Origin: Octopus vulgaris
Taxonomy: Eukaryota
Reading direction: 5' to 3'
NCBI GenBank assembly: GCA_951406725.2
Contig: OX597818.1
Coordinates: 15,500,001 to 15,564,000, forward strand
Length of the DNA stretch: 64,000 nucleotides
The notes under the pieces: generated by a model
What the model saw: the letters and a program-made list of their open reading frames with translations, nothing else
Database searches by the model: none
What the model was told of the DNA's origin: nothing
Shown: piece after piece, positions 50,366 to 63,561 of the stretch
Numbering within the stretch: position 1 is the first letter of the stretch
Layout of the letters: the number at the start of each line of letters is the position of its first letter
Made by a program: the position numbers and the translations under genes

Positions 50366-51610
50366 CTGAAATAAAATATATTTAGATGATAAATAATCAA
50401 CAATAGACATATCCAGTTATAACCTATAAGCAACGTTATTTTATGCATTTTATAGCAACCTTATTTTATACATCCTATAGCAACCCTATTTTATACATAA
50501 TATTTTGGCCTCTATCTGCCACAATGTCCATCAATGAAAATAAAAGTTGTCTACCCCACTGGGACCTATGTGTAGAGTGTTTGATAGGATCCAAGCCTGA
50601 ACAGTATGATACAGAGGACAGTATGATACAGAGGACAGTATGATACAGAGGACAGTATGTCCCTCAATCTCCATGTTACAGATGGATTCAAAGAAACAGC
50701 CCAGTCATTGCAATTTGACACCAACGTCATCAAAGGGGTAGCCAGAATGAGGTTGTAGACATCGTTGAACTACCTCAAGGGCTCTGGCTTTTCATTTTCC
50801 CTTCAGGGTTTACTCCCAAAGCTTTTCCCACAGCTGAGTATGGTTGCAAAGCAGCAGAGGTTTGGAATCAAGGTTTTCCTCCTCCTACATGGATTGCTTC
50901 TCTCCCAGGTTAATGAACTCCATCTGCCCATTGACTTACTAATTAGTAGCTGAGTGCTACAACTACAGGTCAGAGTATACCTGGGAACAATAGTGTCTAA
51001 GAGGTGGTTCCATACTCTCAAAACCCCCAAAATTCACAAACCAAGGCCCCACTATTGGATTCAGTTTAAAGTCGTACTGAGGAGTGATGTACATAATAAA
51101 AACTAGAATATATGTGCCATGTAACACCACAGTTGCACACATGGTTGTGGAGTTAAAATGCTTGCTTTGAAATTACATTATTCTGGGTTTGAACCCACAG
51201 TGTGGCACCTTGGGCATGTCTAATACTATAGCCAAAGTGGAATTTGGTAAACAGAAACTAATATGCAGAAGCACATTGTTTTACATAGCATGTGTGTGAT
51301 CATGTATGTATGTAAGCTTGTTTGCACTGTGTGTGTGTGTATGTGTGAGAGAGAGAGAGAGCAAGAGAATATGTACCTGTATGAGAGAGAGTGTGTGTGT
51401 GTATGTGTGTAAATATGTGTATGCATGTGTGTGTGTTTATATGTATGTGTGCATGTGATGTGCATGTGTTTGCTGTGTGAATGTGTGTGTGTTGTATGTG
51501 TATGGTGTGTGAAACAATATTACCAATTAAAAACAAAAAAAAAACAAGGTTGTGTAAATGTAAAAAATGTAGACTTAGCCACCCAGTAAATACAGATCAT
51601 TAAAATAAGA

Positions 51611-51933
51611 CAATTGTAGTGTTGAAGATATTTGTAAGCCAGTCAAGAACACACAAAAACTGTTAGTTTCACTACATTTAATTTTCATTTGTGTCAAGAT
51701 ACTTTGGTTGCTTTGGAACCGCAACCTGTGCTACATCAAGTTTTGTCAGTGAACAGGTCAAGGTTTCAAAGCAACGAAAATATTTTGGCACAAATGAAAA
51801 TTAAATGTTGAAGTGAAACAAACAGTCTTTATGTGATCTTGAATGGCTTACAAATATCTTCCATGCTGCAATTGTTTTTGTTTCAGCACATGATCTCAGA
51901 TTGAGTCACTTGCTATGCAAGTACATCTCCGTA
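51611..51933. repeat. Fold-back repeat with asymmetric tail (copy 2)
   Basis: Inverted arms of ~115 bp (51611 to 51874) plus a tail ..GCTATGCAAGTACATCTC shared with the 21520 copy. Confidence 0.75.
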
Positions 51934-51971
51934 AATTAAAATAAGAACCTTACTGAAATAAGTACTGGGTA

Positions 51972-52170
51972 AAGTTCTATATTTAAGAGATGAGGAATTA
52001 TGTGCATTATTCACATTATTTACATTATTTACATTCAACGGATATTTGTCCTCATCTTTGTTGTTAACACATTTTGGCTGATATACCCTCCAGCCTTCTT
52101 CAAGTGTCTTGGGTAAATTTCGAACCTGGGTTCTCATTCCTAAGGTATTTTTTTCGATGCTCTTCTTCTT

Positions 52171-52244
<74 letters not shown>

Positions 52245-52470
52245 GATGATTGTTGTTCAGGTCACTGCTTGGAATCGAACTCGGAGTCTTGGGGTTAGTA
52301 GCCCGCGCTCTTAACCACTACTCCATATGCCCGTGGGCAATTATGGAGCCCTAAAATTCTCTCCATAATTGCCCATGGGTATATGGCGTAGTGGGTAAGA
52401 GCACAGACTACTAACCCCAAGATTCCAAGTTCGATTCCTAGCAGTGACCTGAAAAATAACAACAACAATA

Positions 52471-52515
<45 letters not shown>

Positions 52516-52675
52516 TTAAAAATAATACCTTAGGAATGAGAACCCAGGTTCAAAATTTCCCCAAGACACCTGAAGAAGGCTGGAGGATATATCAGCTGAA
52601 ACGTTGTGTTAACACCAAACAAGATGAGGACAAATATCCATTGAATGTAAATAATGTAAATAATGTAAATAATGC
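51972..52675. mobile_element. Palindromic dimer of a tRNA-headed, hammerhead-bearing retroposon with 12-bp TSD
   Basis: Arms meet across a 12-nt spacer (52349-60); TSD AAGTACTGGGTA at 51960-71 and 52676-87. Each arm is tRNA-like head, (AAT)n, then hammerhead tail. Confidence 0.85.
52566..52609 (+). ncRNA. Minimal dimer-type hammerhead ribozyme
   Basis: ACAC CUGAAGA AGGCUG..CAGCU GAAAC GUU^GUGU; loopless palindromic stem III AACGUU. Confidence 0.7.
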
Positions 52676-53228
52676 AAGTACTGGGTAGGTATGACTAAAA
52701 CCTTTGAATGTGATACCCCAGCAGGGTCACAGCCCTATGACAAGAATGTTTTTAAAATAAAAGAATTATGTAAACATACATACATGCATTCAAACATACC
52801 TACATATGTGTTTGTGTGTGTGCATGTATATATATATATATATAAAGTCATAAATGACAGAGAAATAGTTTGATGATATTGTATTCAACAATAAGACAAT
52901 TCAAATATTACAACAAATTGTTTCATAACTTAAAAACGTGTAAATAATTTATGTTATATTTAATAATAAATAGATTACTTACATGTCTGCATCAATGAAA
53001 AATACAAAACTCTTTTGAAATAATGCATTAAGGACCTTTTTTTATGAGTACTATCAGATTACTTGAATCCATATATATATGTTGTGACTTAAATATATAT
53101 ATATATATATGAAAGAGGTGAGGACTGAAATCTTTCAAAGGGATGTCAAACATCGAAGTCTGCTGGTACAGTCCAAGTAAAGAATATATATAATAAATAT
53201 ATATTCAGTATTTGCAAAAACAATAAAT

Positions 53229-53538
53229 GAAGTATAAGGAAAGGAAACAATTGTAGGTGTAAACGATCTTTAATTCATAATCCAGATTGGTACAGAACCA
53301 ATACACATTCTACAAATTGTTTTGGAGTTAAATCGATTCCAAAGACAAAAAACGAAAATCTCTTCTTGAAATAAAAATTAGATTCTTCATCAGGAATTAC
53401 ATAGTGGTATGAATAATTATGACCAACAAAAATAATTAGACTCTGAAACAATTTGTAGAATGTATATTGGTTCTGTACCAACCTGGATTATGAATTAAAG
53501 ATCGTCTACACCTACAATTTTTCCTTTCCTCATACTTC
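53229..53538. repeat. ~310-bp fold-back element
   Basis: GAAGTATAAGGAAAGGAAACAATTGTAGGTGTA... mirrored by ...TACACCTACAATTTTTCCTTTCCTCATACTTC. Confidence 0.8.
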
Positions 53539-53556
53539 CAAGATATACATATACAT

Positions 53557-53605
<49 letters not shown>

Positions 53606-53611
<6 letters not shown>

Positions 53612-54790
53612 CATCCCATAAATAATGCACTTTTTTTATACTTCTCTTATTTTTCAAAATTAAGATAAACAAAGTTCTTTTTTAATCTAAAATATACTCT
53701 CTTTCATTTTTCTACAATGCTCTTCCATCTATCTGGTAGACACTTGCAAGGCCCCTCTTGCAAAAGTCACTTGTCTGTGATGAAAATACTCCTTCAGTAC
53801 TGTTCTGATCTCATGTACAAAATTCATATTTTTTCCATCCAAATGATTTTGAAGACTGTGGAATAAATGATAATCAGATAGGATAATGTCCGGTGAATAT
53901 AGTAGGTGGGGCATCGTTTCCCATTCAAACTGCTCCAGCCTTTGGAATGCCATCCTCACTGTATGTGGCTAAGTATTATTTTGATGGAAGAACACTTTTT
54001 GTCTTGAAACCAAAGTTGGTCGTTTTTCTTCTAGTGCTGGTTTGGGCTTAAAAGTTCAAAGTGGACTAAATCTTTTATATACAACCAAACAGATAACAAC
54101 ACCTTACATGGGTGAAGACCTTATTTAGCCTGGGGTGCCAATGTTTCTCCTCTCCCTACCCACTGGCTTTGGTGCTTGACATTTTCATAGAGAACCCATT
54201 TCTTATCACCAGTCACTATTTGGTCAAAAAAATTTGTTTGTGAGATGCGATAGCAAAGAAGAGCACATATTCACTCTCTGCATGTGATTAGACTCAAAAA
54301 ATTTGAAGAACCCATTGACCCAATTTTCTGACTTTTCCAATGGCATGCAGGTGTCAATGAATGTTTGTATGACCAAATCCAAGCTTCTCTGTTAGTTCCT
54401 CAACAGTTACAATGGGATTTTGTTCTACCAGGGTTTGCAGGACGTCCTCATCAAGCTCTACAGATCTTCCAGAATGAGGCTCATCTTCTAGGCTGTAGTT
54501 TCTGACTTGGAATTTCTAGAACTACTGCTGACACTGGCTTATGCTTATTCTCTGATCCCCATATACTGCATTAATACTCCTTGCACTTTCCATTGCATTG
54601 CTGCCTTTATTGAACTCATAAAGTAAAACATACTGAATATGCTCCTTTGTCACTTCCATTACAGCTTTGAAAAAATAACTGTTAAAATTGAACTGCACTC
54701 TTCAAAACTTGCACCAGGAATAAATACAAGGTAAAATTATTACCTGCTTTTATAGCAAGTTGATGCAGGTAGTTTATCTCATGCCCCTCA
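53606..54790 (-). mobile_element. Near-full-length degenerate mariner transposon
   Basis: WETMPHLLYSPDIILSDYHLFHSLQNHL (YSPDL motif); the 5' half matches mariner pieces at 42165-42510 and 43993-44420. Confidence 0.9.
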
Positions 54791-55396
54791 TGCAATTGAA
54801 AAACACACATGCATGTATGTATACTTGCATACATACATATATACATACACATATACATATAGACATACATATATGTATATATGCATACTTGCATATGTAT
54901 GCATATATACAAATATGTATGTCTACATGTAAACTTACATTTGTATATGTATTCATACATTTATGCCAATAATTATTGGTGCACTTGATTATGTTAGTAA
55001 TTATCTTAATGACATTCTGAAAAAGATTTGATTTTGAGGGGAAGAAAATGATCAGCTAACATGCACTTTACAAGTACAGTCTGTAAATGGATTGGTAAAA
55101 TATGCAAAACATTTTCTATTACTCAGCATACAACACATCATTGCTGTATTCAGATTTTATCATTAGAGCTTCATTTCTCTTTTAGAAATCAGGTCCTTTT
55201 CTTTTAGTGAGAATTCAAATAATTAGAAAAAAAATGATAGAATCATATATACATAATAATGAAAAAATTGAAAGAACAAGACCACATAAGAGTTAAAAAT
55301 ATACGATGAATGAGCAGAAGCAAGAAAAAAACATTACAGGAACAAGTTTTCACAAAGGCATTGTTAGTCTAATGCTTGAAAGGAAAGGGAAAGGGT

Positions 55397-55432
55397 CTTT
55401 GACATTTCAGACATTAGTCCTTCATCAGAAAA
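55397..55432 (-). ncRNA. Minimal type I hammerhead in a Penelope-like remnant
   Basis: UUUU CUGAUGA AGGAC UAAU GUCU GAAAU GUC^AAAG. Confidence 0.6.
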
Positions 55433-55901
55433 ACAAAATGAAGGAAATATGGTAGACAGGAGCAAAGAAGAAAAAGAGAGTGGAGGAAAAAAAGAGAAAA
55501 GAAAAGGTTTGGGTTTGGGATAAGGCTGGGATGCAGTTCTGTGAGGAGTTAGGAAGGGAGGAAGAGGTGGGATATTGTGTGCTTGTACAGGAAGATATGT
55601 GTGGGGAGATGGGCATAGAGTGGGGTTTTAGTGGTATTGGATGCAGATGACTAACCAGGGATGGGTGGAACTGTGCAAGTATGGAATAGAATGTGATATG
55701 GATGAGAGGGTAGTGTAAACAAAATAAATGTGAAGAAAACAGTGTATAAGGTGAGATAAAATAGAAAATAAATAAAACAAATGTATTATGTGAAAATACA
55801 GATAAGATTTAGATTGAAAGATTTAGGAGAGACCTAAAATGTTACTTTACTATAAGGAACATTAGACTGACAAATGTCAAACTATAAATAAAGATGCTCA
55901 C

Positions 55902-56057
55902 CGACACATTGTCTATCACTGGTGGCGCCTTTATACTGAGTAAATAGCGCTGCTTGACATGTTTCACAAAACGTTCTGTTAAACTGATAAGTATTTATAG
56001 GACATAGTTTGCATGGAATATGGCCAGTTGCTGAGATAGTCCCTTCTGGACAACCAT
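55902..56057 (-). CDS. Exon 4: ephrin-receptor-like Cys repeat
   Basis: DGCPEGTISATGHIPCKLCPINTYQFNRTFCETCQAALFTQYKGATSDRQCV; phase 1 to 1. Confidence 0.95.
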
Positions 56058-57068
56058 CTGTGGAAACATTGGATAAAAAAGAAAACAAATTATTAAAATA
56101 TGATTAATGTAACAGAAATATCTTGTTATTAATGCCAAGTTTAAAACATTGAATTTTAAAGTTTTATTGTTTTGTACTGGAAGAAAATCTTTGTTTGTTC
56201 CCTCTATGTTTAGCTCCTTGTGGGCAATAAAGGAATAAGAAATCTGTCACATTTGGTTTTCCCCTATGGTTAGACATGCACTTTCAGGATTGGAATTTAA
56301 TTAATGGAAATGGAATGGAAATTAATGCCATTCATTTACTGCAATCATCCAACGTCATGACAAGGAGACACAGACAGTCTCTCTCTCTTTCTCTCTCTCT
56401 CACACACACACACAAAATAGACTTCTTTCAGTTTCCAACTACCAGAACCATTCACAAGGTTTTGCTTGGCCCAAAGCTACTGTGAAAGACATTTGTCCAA
56501 GGTGCTACTTAGTGGCACTGAACCTGAAATCATGTGTTTGGGAAGCAAATTTTTAACCATACAGCCACACCTATGCCTGCCCTTGAAATAAAACACAGGC
56601 AGCTTAGATGGCTAAGCAACTCATTCAAAATGAACTGGGACATAATACCAAAGCTACCATTTAATCAGGTCAGGGATCACATCAGAGGCTGATGAGACTT
56701 GCTACCGGTACCATATAAAATACTACTACCTGTTCCATGATCAAGTAGTTGGTGACTGAACCAACTCTTCCACTTAAGTAGCTTACAACTCTTGTAAGGA
56801 GGATATCTGGACAACCAGAAGGATTAAAAGCAAGACCTGTTGAAGGACAGATGAGCTCCTTGTGAGCAAATGACCATCTAGTGGGAGAAGGCAATGGCAA
56901 ACCACCTCAATATCTCTACAAAGAAAACACCATGAGAAAGTCAGAACATATTTATGCCATGTTTTCATCCAATGGAGAACTCATGCTTGATCAGAAAAAA
57001 ACTTTTGTTGTAGTGTCATCAATGCACTGTAAAAGGGTACAATACATGCTAATGATGTTCTTTTAGAT

Positions 57069-57393
57069 CAGGGGTTCCTGTGCACCCCTTTGATTATTTT
57101 ATTCTGGTGGACCTCTATAACCATTCAATGTTTAAAAACTAGTTTTGTAAAAACTGCTTTCAAAATTCTGGGTTTTTTTCACCCATTAACTTGTGTAATT
57201 TGAACTATGTAAAATGTTAGAGAAAGAAACTTAGCTGTTTCTTTCAATACATGCATCAATACATCTAAAGCAAAATGTTTTCAAGGGCTCTTAAAATACT
57301 ATTGTGGATCCCCAATTTACTATTTTGTTGTGGGCCCCTCAAAATCTTATATGAACCCTCAGGGGCCATATGAACTCTGGTTGAGAACTACTG
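57069..57393. mobile_element. hAT (Charlie-like) MITE
   Basis: CAGGGGTTC.. / ..GAACTACTG; TSD-like TTTTAGAT / GTTTAGAC; related to 31415-31710. Confidence 0.7.
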
Positions 57394-57984
57394 GTTTAGA
57401 CAGATTTTTGAAAAATGGAAACCTGGAAGTGCAGAGACCACATGGCATAGAACAGATTAAAAGTGAAGGAGAGAAATGAATTCCACAAGGAGCAAGAGCC
57501 AGAGTGCTGCTAAAGACTAGTTTGAATCCCACTAAATTATCACAAAGCTGTTTTTCTTAATTGAGAAGAAAAGGATTAAATAAAATGAAAATGAAGTGCA
57601 GAATTTGAAACATTTTCACTAAAATATGAACAGAATGGATTGCAACATTAAAAAGATTTGCTTTATGTAGCCATTCTGGACATATATAAGGCAATAACAG
57701 ACAGAATTAATCTCAAAACATACTATCTTTCTAGAATTCCATCATTTATTTATAAGAGGCTTTTCATATAAGTTATTAAAAAAAAAACTGGCCAAAAAAT
57801 TATATTCAGTGTAACAAACAGCCTCTTACTGCAACAAGTCAATAAGGGAACCTCAATGGAATCATTTGAACTGCTATAAATAATAGTTAAATCTCTCTCA
57901 AATCCCTTAAATAAGAAAAGGATAACTTAATGTAATCACACATAGCTTAAAAACTTTGTAGTTACAGTTGAGAATGTCTTTACT

Positions 57985-58352
57985 CTTTTAACTGTTTCAG
58001 TCATTTGACTGTGGCCATGCTGGATCACCGCCTTTAGTCGAGCAAATCGACCCCAGGACTTATTCTTTGTAAGCCTAGTACTTATTCTATTGGTCTGTTT
58101 TGCCGAACCACTAAGTTACAGGGATGTAAACACACCAGCATCGGTTGTCAAGCGATGTTGGGCGGACAAACACAGACACACAAACATATACACACACACA
58201 CATATATATATACATATATACGATGGGCTTCTTTCAGTTTCCATCTACCACATCCGTTCACAAGACTTTGGTCGGCCCAAGGCTATAGTAGATTGAACCT
58301 AGAACCATGTGGTTCGGATGCAAGCTACTTACCACACAGCCACTCCTATGCC
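57985..58352 (-). mobile_element. SINE family A
   Basis: Reverse complement of family A. Confidence 0.88.
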
Positions 58353-58718
58353 TATATATATATATATTTATATATATACGTATATATATATATATATATA
58401 TACATATGTATTCATCTGATGTAAGTTTACATATCTCTTTTGAGATACATGAAACTGGAATCAAGGCTGCCAGTGGGATACAAACCCACATCTCCTGTAG
58501 ACATGTCAGGTGTTCTACCAATGTGACATGGGCACCTTTCGACATTTTCTATCCAGAAGAGATTTTCAACCCAATATTTGCATGCTATTATTTTTAGCTT
58601 TATGTGTTTTGAGGCCCACTGTTTCAAAAAAGAATTATGTCACATTCTCTCAAAAGTTTATAAATCCTTATGCTGCCAATAAGAATTTATTAGTTCTTTA
58701 ATTTGAAATGAGACTTAC

Positions 58719-58877
58719 CAAAGCAGTCTTGTATACTTGAAGAGCCCTTTTGAGAGTTGTATGTCCCACGAGGGCATGTTGTACAGTTACTTGAGCCATA
58801 CTGTGAGTTGTAAGTATTTTGTGGACAAGGTAGACAGTCTTTGAAATCAAAACCATATGTTCCAGGAGGACAGGTAA
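58719..58877 (-). CDS. Exon 3: ephrin-receptor-like Cys repeat
   Basis: TCPPGTYGFDFKDCLPCPQNTYNSQYGSSNCTTCPRGTYNSQKGSSSIQDCF; phase 1 to 1. Confidence 0.95.
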
Positions 58878-60991
58878 CTTTGTCAAGGATAAAAAAGAAA
58901 ACATTGATCAGTTAATAGATGATAATAGCATCATCATCACCATAACCACCACCTCCTCCCACAAGAATGATATATATATACAGGGAAATTACAAATGGTA
59001 GAGGTTTACAATGAATTAAGTGCAACAGAAAATCAAGCATGGAAAATAAAATTATACAAAAGGCATTTTCACAAGACATGCTAATAGAAAGACAGCCATT
59101 TTGGGTCAATAAATAAATCCTGATGATCTGGTATTACTCTAACTACCAGATGTGTTCTGTCCCAGTTGTAATCTCCATTCCTGCAGGCATATGCAGAGTG
59201 CAGGCCTATTTACACAGTCCATTTTGGCCACTCTCACTCACTTTTCAACAAAACCACTGGAAGAAAGAGCCTTCCTGTCTACCGTTACCTTTCTCATAAA
59301 GTGGAATTTAAGAGGTTTTCCAGGGCTTGGTTAAAGAATAATCTTTTTAATCTTATCCACTATACCATCTCTTTTATCATAGCCACTACAGTGGAAAACT
59401 GGCCACCCTTCTTAGGCAAAGGAAAGCAGCAGGGCAGTTTTCATAATGAATTCAGTTGACAGCTAGATCTGTCCTACACATGAAAAAAGCTGTTCAACAT
59501 AAATCCACAAGACAGCAATATTTAGACATGGAACTAATTCATGCAGGACACTTTTACCAGCTTGTACGCATCTTAAACATGCCTGGCTAAAAGGGCTATT
59601 GTGTTTATGGAATTTCTTCCAACAGACAATGCTCATCTGTTGTTTAATGGCAAGGCAAGAAGATAACTGGAAGTTGTCCTTAAAGTTTGGATTTGAAAGT
59701 TCTTTCTAATAAATTGTTAATTCGGCCCTCATCAATGCTTCAAGTCTTCCACTAGAACTCTTGCCCACCATCAACATTCTATGAAATATAAGTATTGACA
59801 AACCACCAGCTGCATTGTCTGTAAGAGAATAACGGTAATAATTCTTCCTCCAATAGGTAAAAAGCCTGAAATTTTAGTGGTGGGGGTAAGTTGATAACAT
59901 TAACCCCAGTGCTCAACTGGTACTTATTTTATCAGCCCTGAACCGATGAAAGGTAATATCAACTTTGGTGGAATTTGAACTTAGAACATGAAGCCAGAAG
60001 AAATGCTGTTAAGCACTTTGTCCAGCATGCTAGTGATTCTGCAAGCTCACCAAATAATGGTAATATTTAACCTAAATGAGTGTTATCTGGCTGCTCAAAA
60101 AAATATTCAATAATACTGGTTAAATAAATGAAATCTTTAAGTAGTCAATTTGTGAGGATCAAATATTTGTTTGCAAACTTTAATAGTCATTTTGCAGGTC
60201 ATTAAATGAAAGAAAATCTATCAAATTTTGATGACTGTAAAACAAAATATTATTTTTGACAATTTCTGATAAAAGTTTTATGAAAAGTTAAAATTTTTTA
60301 TAACCCTGTTAATTAAATAATCTCTTGGGGAAAAATACATAGGAATGATTTCCTGTTATCTTTTCAATGTATAAGGAAGGACTTAAATATAGTGTTACAA
60401 GTTCATGAGATTCTTGCTCCTATTATATACAGCAGTTATCTGATATGTGCTTTTGCTTCTTATTTACAGCTTTGCTGGACTGAATTTTTGATTGTTAAGT
60501 ATTATGGACAAGGACCTAGTACAGAGCTAGAACAGAACAGACTGGTTACCCTTTAATATCTTAGCATTTAAACCAGCCTTATCTAGCCCAAATATTCTAC
60601 CTGTTTTATTGTCAAATTTGCTTGATCTGGTCTCTCACACTTACTCTACAATACCACTCTAAAAATAAGCAATTACATCATCAAAATCAAAAATATGAAA
60701 TAATTTATGATAAATATAAAGTAAAGTGCATAAATAAGAATTGTAACACTTGTTGTTTCTTATTTCTTTATCTTGTCTATACACTTTGTTTTGACATAGT
60801 AATTTGAATACTAAAGGGTTAAGCAGGTATTTTGGATCTTTAACAACACAACAGCTGGAACTCATAGAAAATACCTGATACCTTTTTCAAGGTAAATAAA
60901 CAAATTGCAACCGATTATAAATTTCGATAAGGGAAAATTGATATGTATTCACACAGACAACTCACGACTCAGATTACTCATAACTACTCAC

Positions 60992-61193
60992 GACATCTAT
61001 TTTCTTGAACAAGCTTTGCATTCCCAGAACACTTGAAACCACTTATGCTGTCTAAAATTTCTTTTTTTGGTGCACATTTAGGGTTAAAATGGTCAGTTCC
61101 TGATTTCATTGCAAAATATGAGTCAAAGTGGCTCTTTAATTTTCTCCAAAGATTAGCATCTCCATTATATTCAAGTCGAACAGTCGCATAAAC
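60992..61193 (-). CDS. Exon 2: region preceding the Cys repeats
   Basis: tttcag|VYATVRLEYNGDANLW...SGFKCSGNAKLVQENRC|gtgagt; phase 0 to 1; absent from the ORF track. Confidence 0.85.
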
Positions 61194-63053
61194 CTGAAAA
61201 TAAAAGGAGTTAAATCTAGTTTATTTTCAAAAGTCTGTTACACAAAATTTTGGAGATACAAAATTAGGGCAATAAGTTAAATATTGAAGATTTTAATAGT
61301 GGTAAAATGACAAATATTAGATAGTCAAATGAATAGAAATCAAATGAAGAGTAACTGAGACATAACATAATACATTTTTTGAACACTTCAGCACTTTAAT
61401 ATTGGACAAAGATCACTCAACTACATTGACATTATTGGCAAAGGCACACAACATTAAACAAAGGACTTATCAAAACTAATAGAGACAAAGATTTCTAGTG
61501 CAGCATTGTAAGATGCAAATCATTTGTTGCTACTTGAGGAAGAATCAAATAACGGAGACTTTTAAAATTAAGGGTTTCACAGAGAATCACCAAAAAATGG
61601 TGATTAACAGATTTCTTTTGCAACTAATTGGCTTTGGATTCCTTCCTACCATACAGCCAAAATTCTGTGAATTAAAATTTGGTTAAAAAAAATTGTGTAA
61701 AAGTGTTTTGGAAGGACAGTTACAGTTCCTGTTCTTGGATAGTAGATATAATCTATCACCAGATTCATCCCCATTGCTTATCCCTTGGATATCTTTCACA
61801 GAGTTCACACAGTTGCAAATATAAACATTCTTCAACCATTTCAAATTGACTACATTGAGCTGAGAATGGCCAAAATGTTTAACAGACCTATGAGCAAAGT
61901 TGCTCCAGCTCAGAACATCCTGTTTATTTAATTGCACGATTTATCCAAGTATATACTATCTAATGTGTCCTTCTTATTTTTAAGACAATAGGATGTGATA
62001 TAAGTGTGAAGAGGCTGCTATTTATAATAGATATAACAACTACATAGAGATTCTATTACAGGCCAGGAATTGTGGGGATTCATAATATGAATAATGATTT
62101 CAAGAAGGAAAGATATAGAGATTTGGTGTTAACATCACTGCCACCACTGCCACCACCATTAGTACTATCATCACTGCCTCCATTGCTGTCATCATTTTTA
62201 CATCTCATTCCATTCTTGCACAGGTTCAATGATTCCTGAGAATGACTTTAAACTGTTCAGGAGTTCCAGCATTTTGAGAAGTGTGGAATTACTATTTAGC
62301 TACTATTGTTCCCAGGTCTATTCTAACCCAGAATAGTGGTACATGTCAGGATCTCAGCTATGAGTTAAATTGTATGTTACGATCTAAGCCAGGGTATGTT
62401 GAAATCATAGGATGCATCATGATAATGATAAGAACAACAATGACAATGATGCCAATGACAAAGATGATGGTAATGGTAGCAGCAGCAGCAGTGACAACAA
62501 CAACAAAAGCAACAACATCCTCAGCAGCAGCAGCAGCATTACTACCACCTCTGCTACCATTGCCACCACCACAACTATTACCACCAACAACCCACCACCA
62601 CCACCACCATCATCATCATCTCCATGCTTCTATATAGATGAATAGTTTACAAGATATTTCAAAACTTTTGATGTAATAATAACAGAAAATGTTTTTTTTT
62701 CTCTCTCTGTTACTTAATCTGGCAATTGACTTATCTACTTAATTCTTGGATTAACAGGTTAATCAAACAAGGGAAATTGGCAAAACTGTTTGAAATCTAC
62801 AAGGGGCCAGAATACTGGACTAGATGAAAACTGAGATTTTGGATGCCTATAATTAAAGGCTCATGTTCCTATTACTTATGGATTTATGTGCTTCATAGCT
62901 TTTATTCCTAGAAGGAAGTATGGAAATATTTTCAATTCAAAATATCAACATTTAGAGAATTGTTCTACAATTGAAATAAATAAATAAATAGTTTAATAAA
63001 AGAAAGGCAAATTATAAAAAAAAAAAATTAATTAAACTTCTAAGAACATTTAC

Positions 63054-63265
63054 CGAACTATTTTTCAGTTCTGTTGAAACTGGTAATGCATAAGATGATT
63101 TTGGTTCTGTGATGTTAAACCTTTCACCATAAAACTGATGAAGCTGTGAGGCAAAATCCTTATATACACCAGGAACTTCTTTCATAAGCTCATTTTGTAT
63201 ACATGTAATATTCTCTGTTTTATATACATACACAACAGCTAGTTGGTAGCTACTCGATATTTCTT
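63054..63265 (-). CDS. Exon 1 in window, no recognised domain
   Basis: tttacag|..EISSSYQLAVVYVYKTENITCIQNELM...LKNSS|gtaaat; the phase 0 end matches the next exon. Confidence 0.75.
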
Positions 63266-63561
63266 CTGTAAAGAGGAAGTACAAAAAAAAATTATAACAA
63301 CAATGACAGCAACAACAACAACAACAACAATAATAATAATAATAATAATAATCATTTCTATTATAGGCAAAAGGCCTGAAGTTTTGGGGGAGGGGACTAG
63401 TCAATTACATTGACCCCAGAATTTCACTTATCGACCCCAAAAGGATGAAAGGCAAAGTCAACCCCAGCATCATTTGAACTCAGAACGTAAATACAGACAA
63501 AATACCACTAAGCACTTCACCTGGCATGCTAACGATTCTGCCAGCTCGCCACCTTATAATA

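Larger units (their letters stand above)
10897..63265 (-). other. Partial multi-exon gene: SVEP1/Uninflatable-like EGF-pentraxin extracellular protein (19 exons in window, both ends outside)
   Basis: All exons are flanked by AG/GT with matching phases; joined length 3207 nt without stops. Domain order: ephrin-receptor-like x3, EGF x~13, pentraxin/LamG. Confidence 0.9.

Noticed and set aside
53345-53400. Minus-strand CTGATGA at the centre of a fold-back element
   Set aside because: No matching GAAA or stem III.
62412-62645. Low-complexity ORFs rich in N/S/T/P/H
   Set aside because: Degenerate trinucleotide repeats without splice context.
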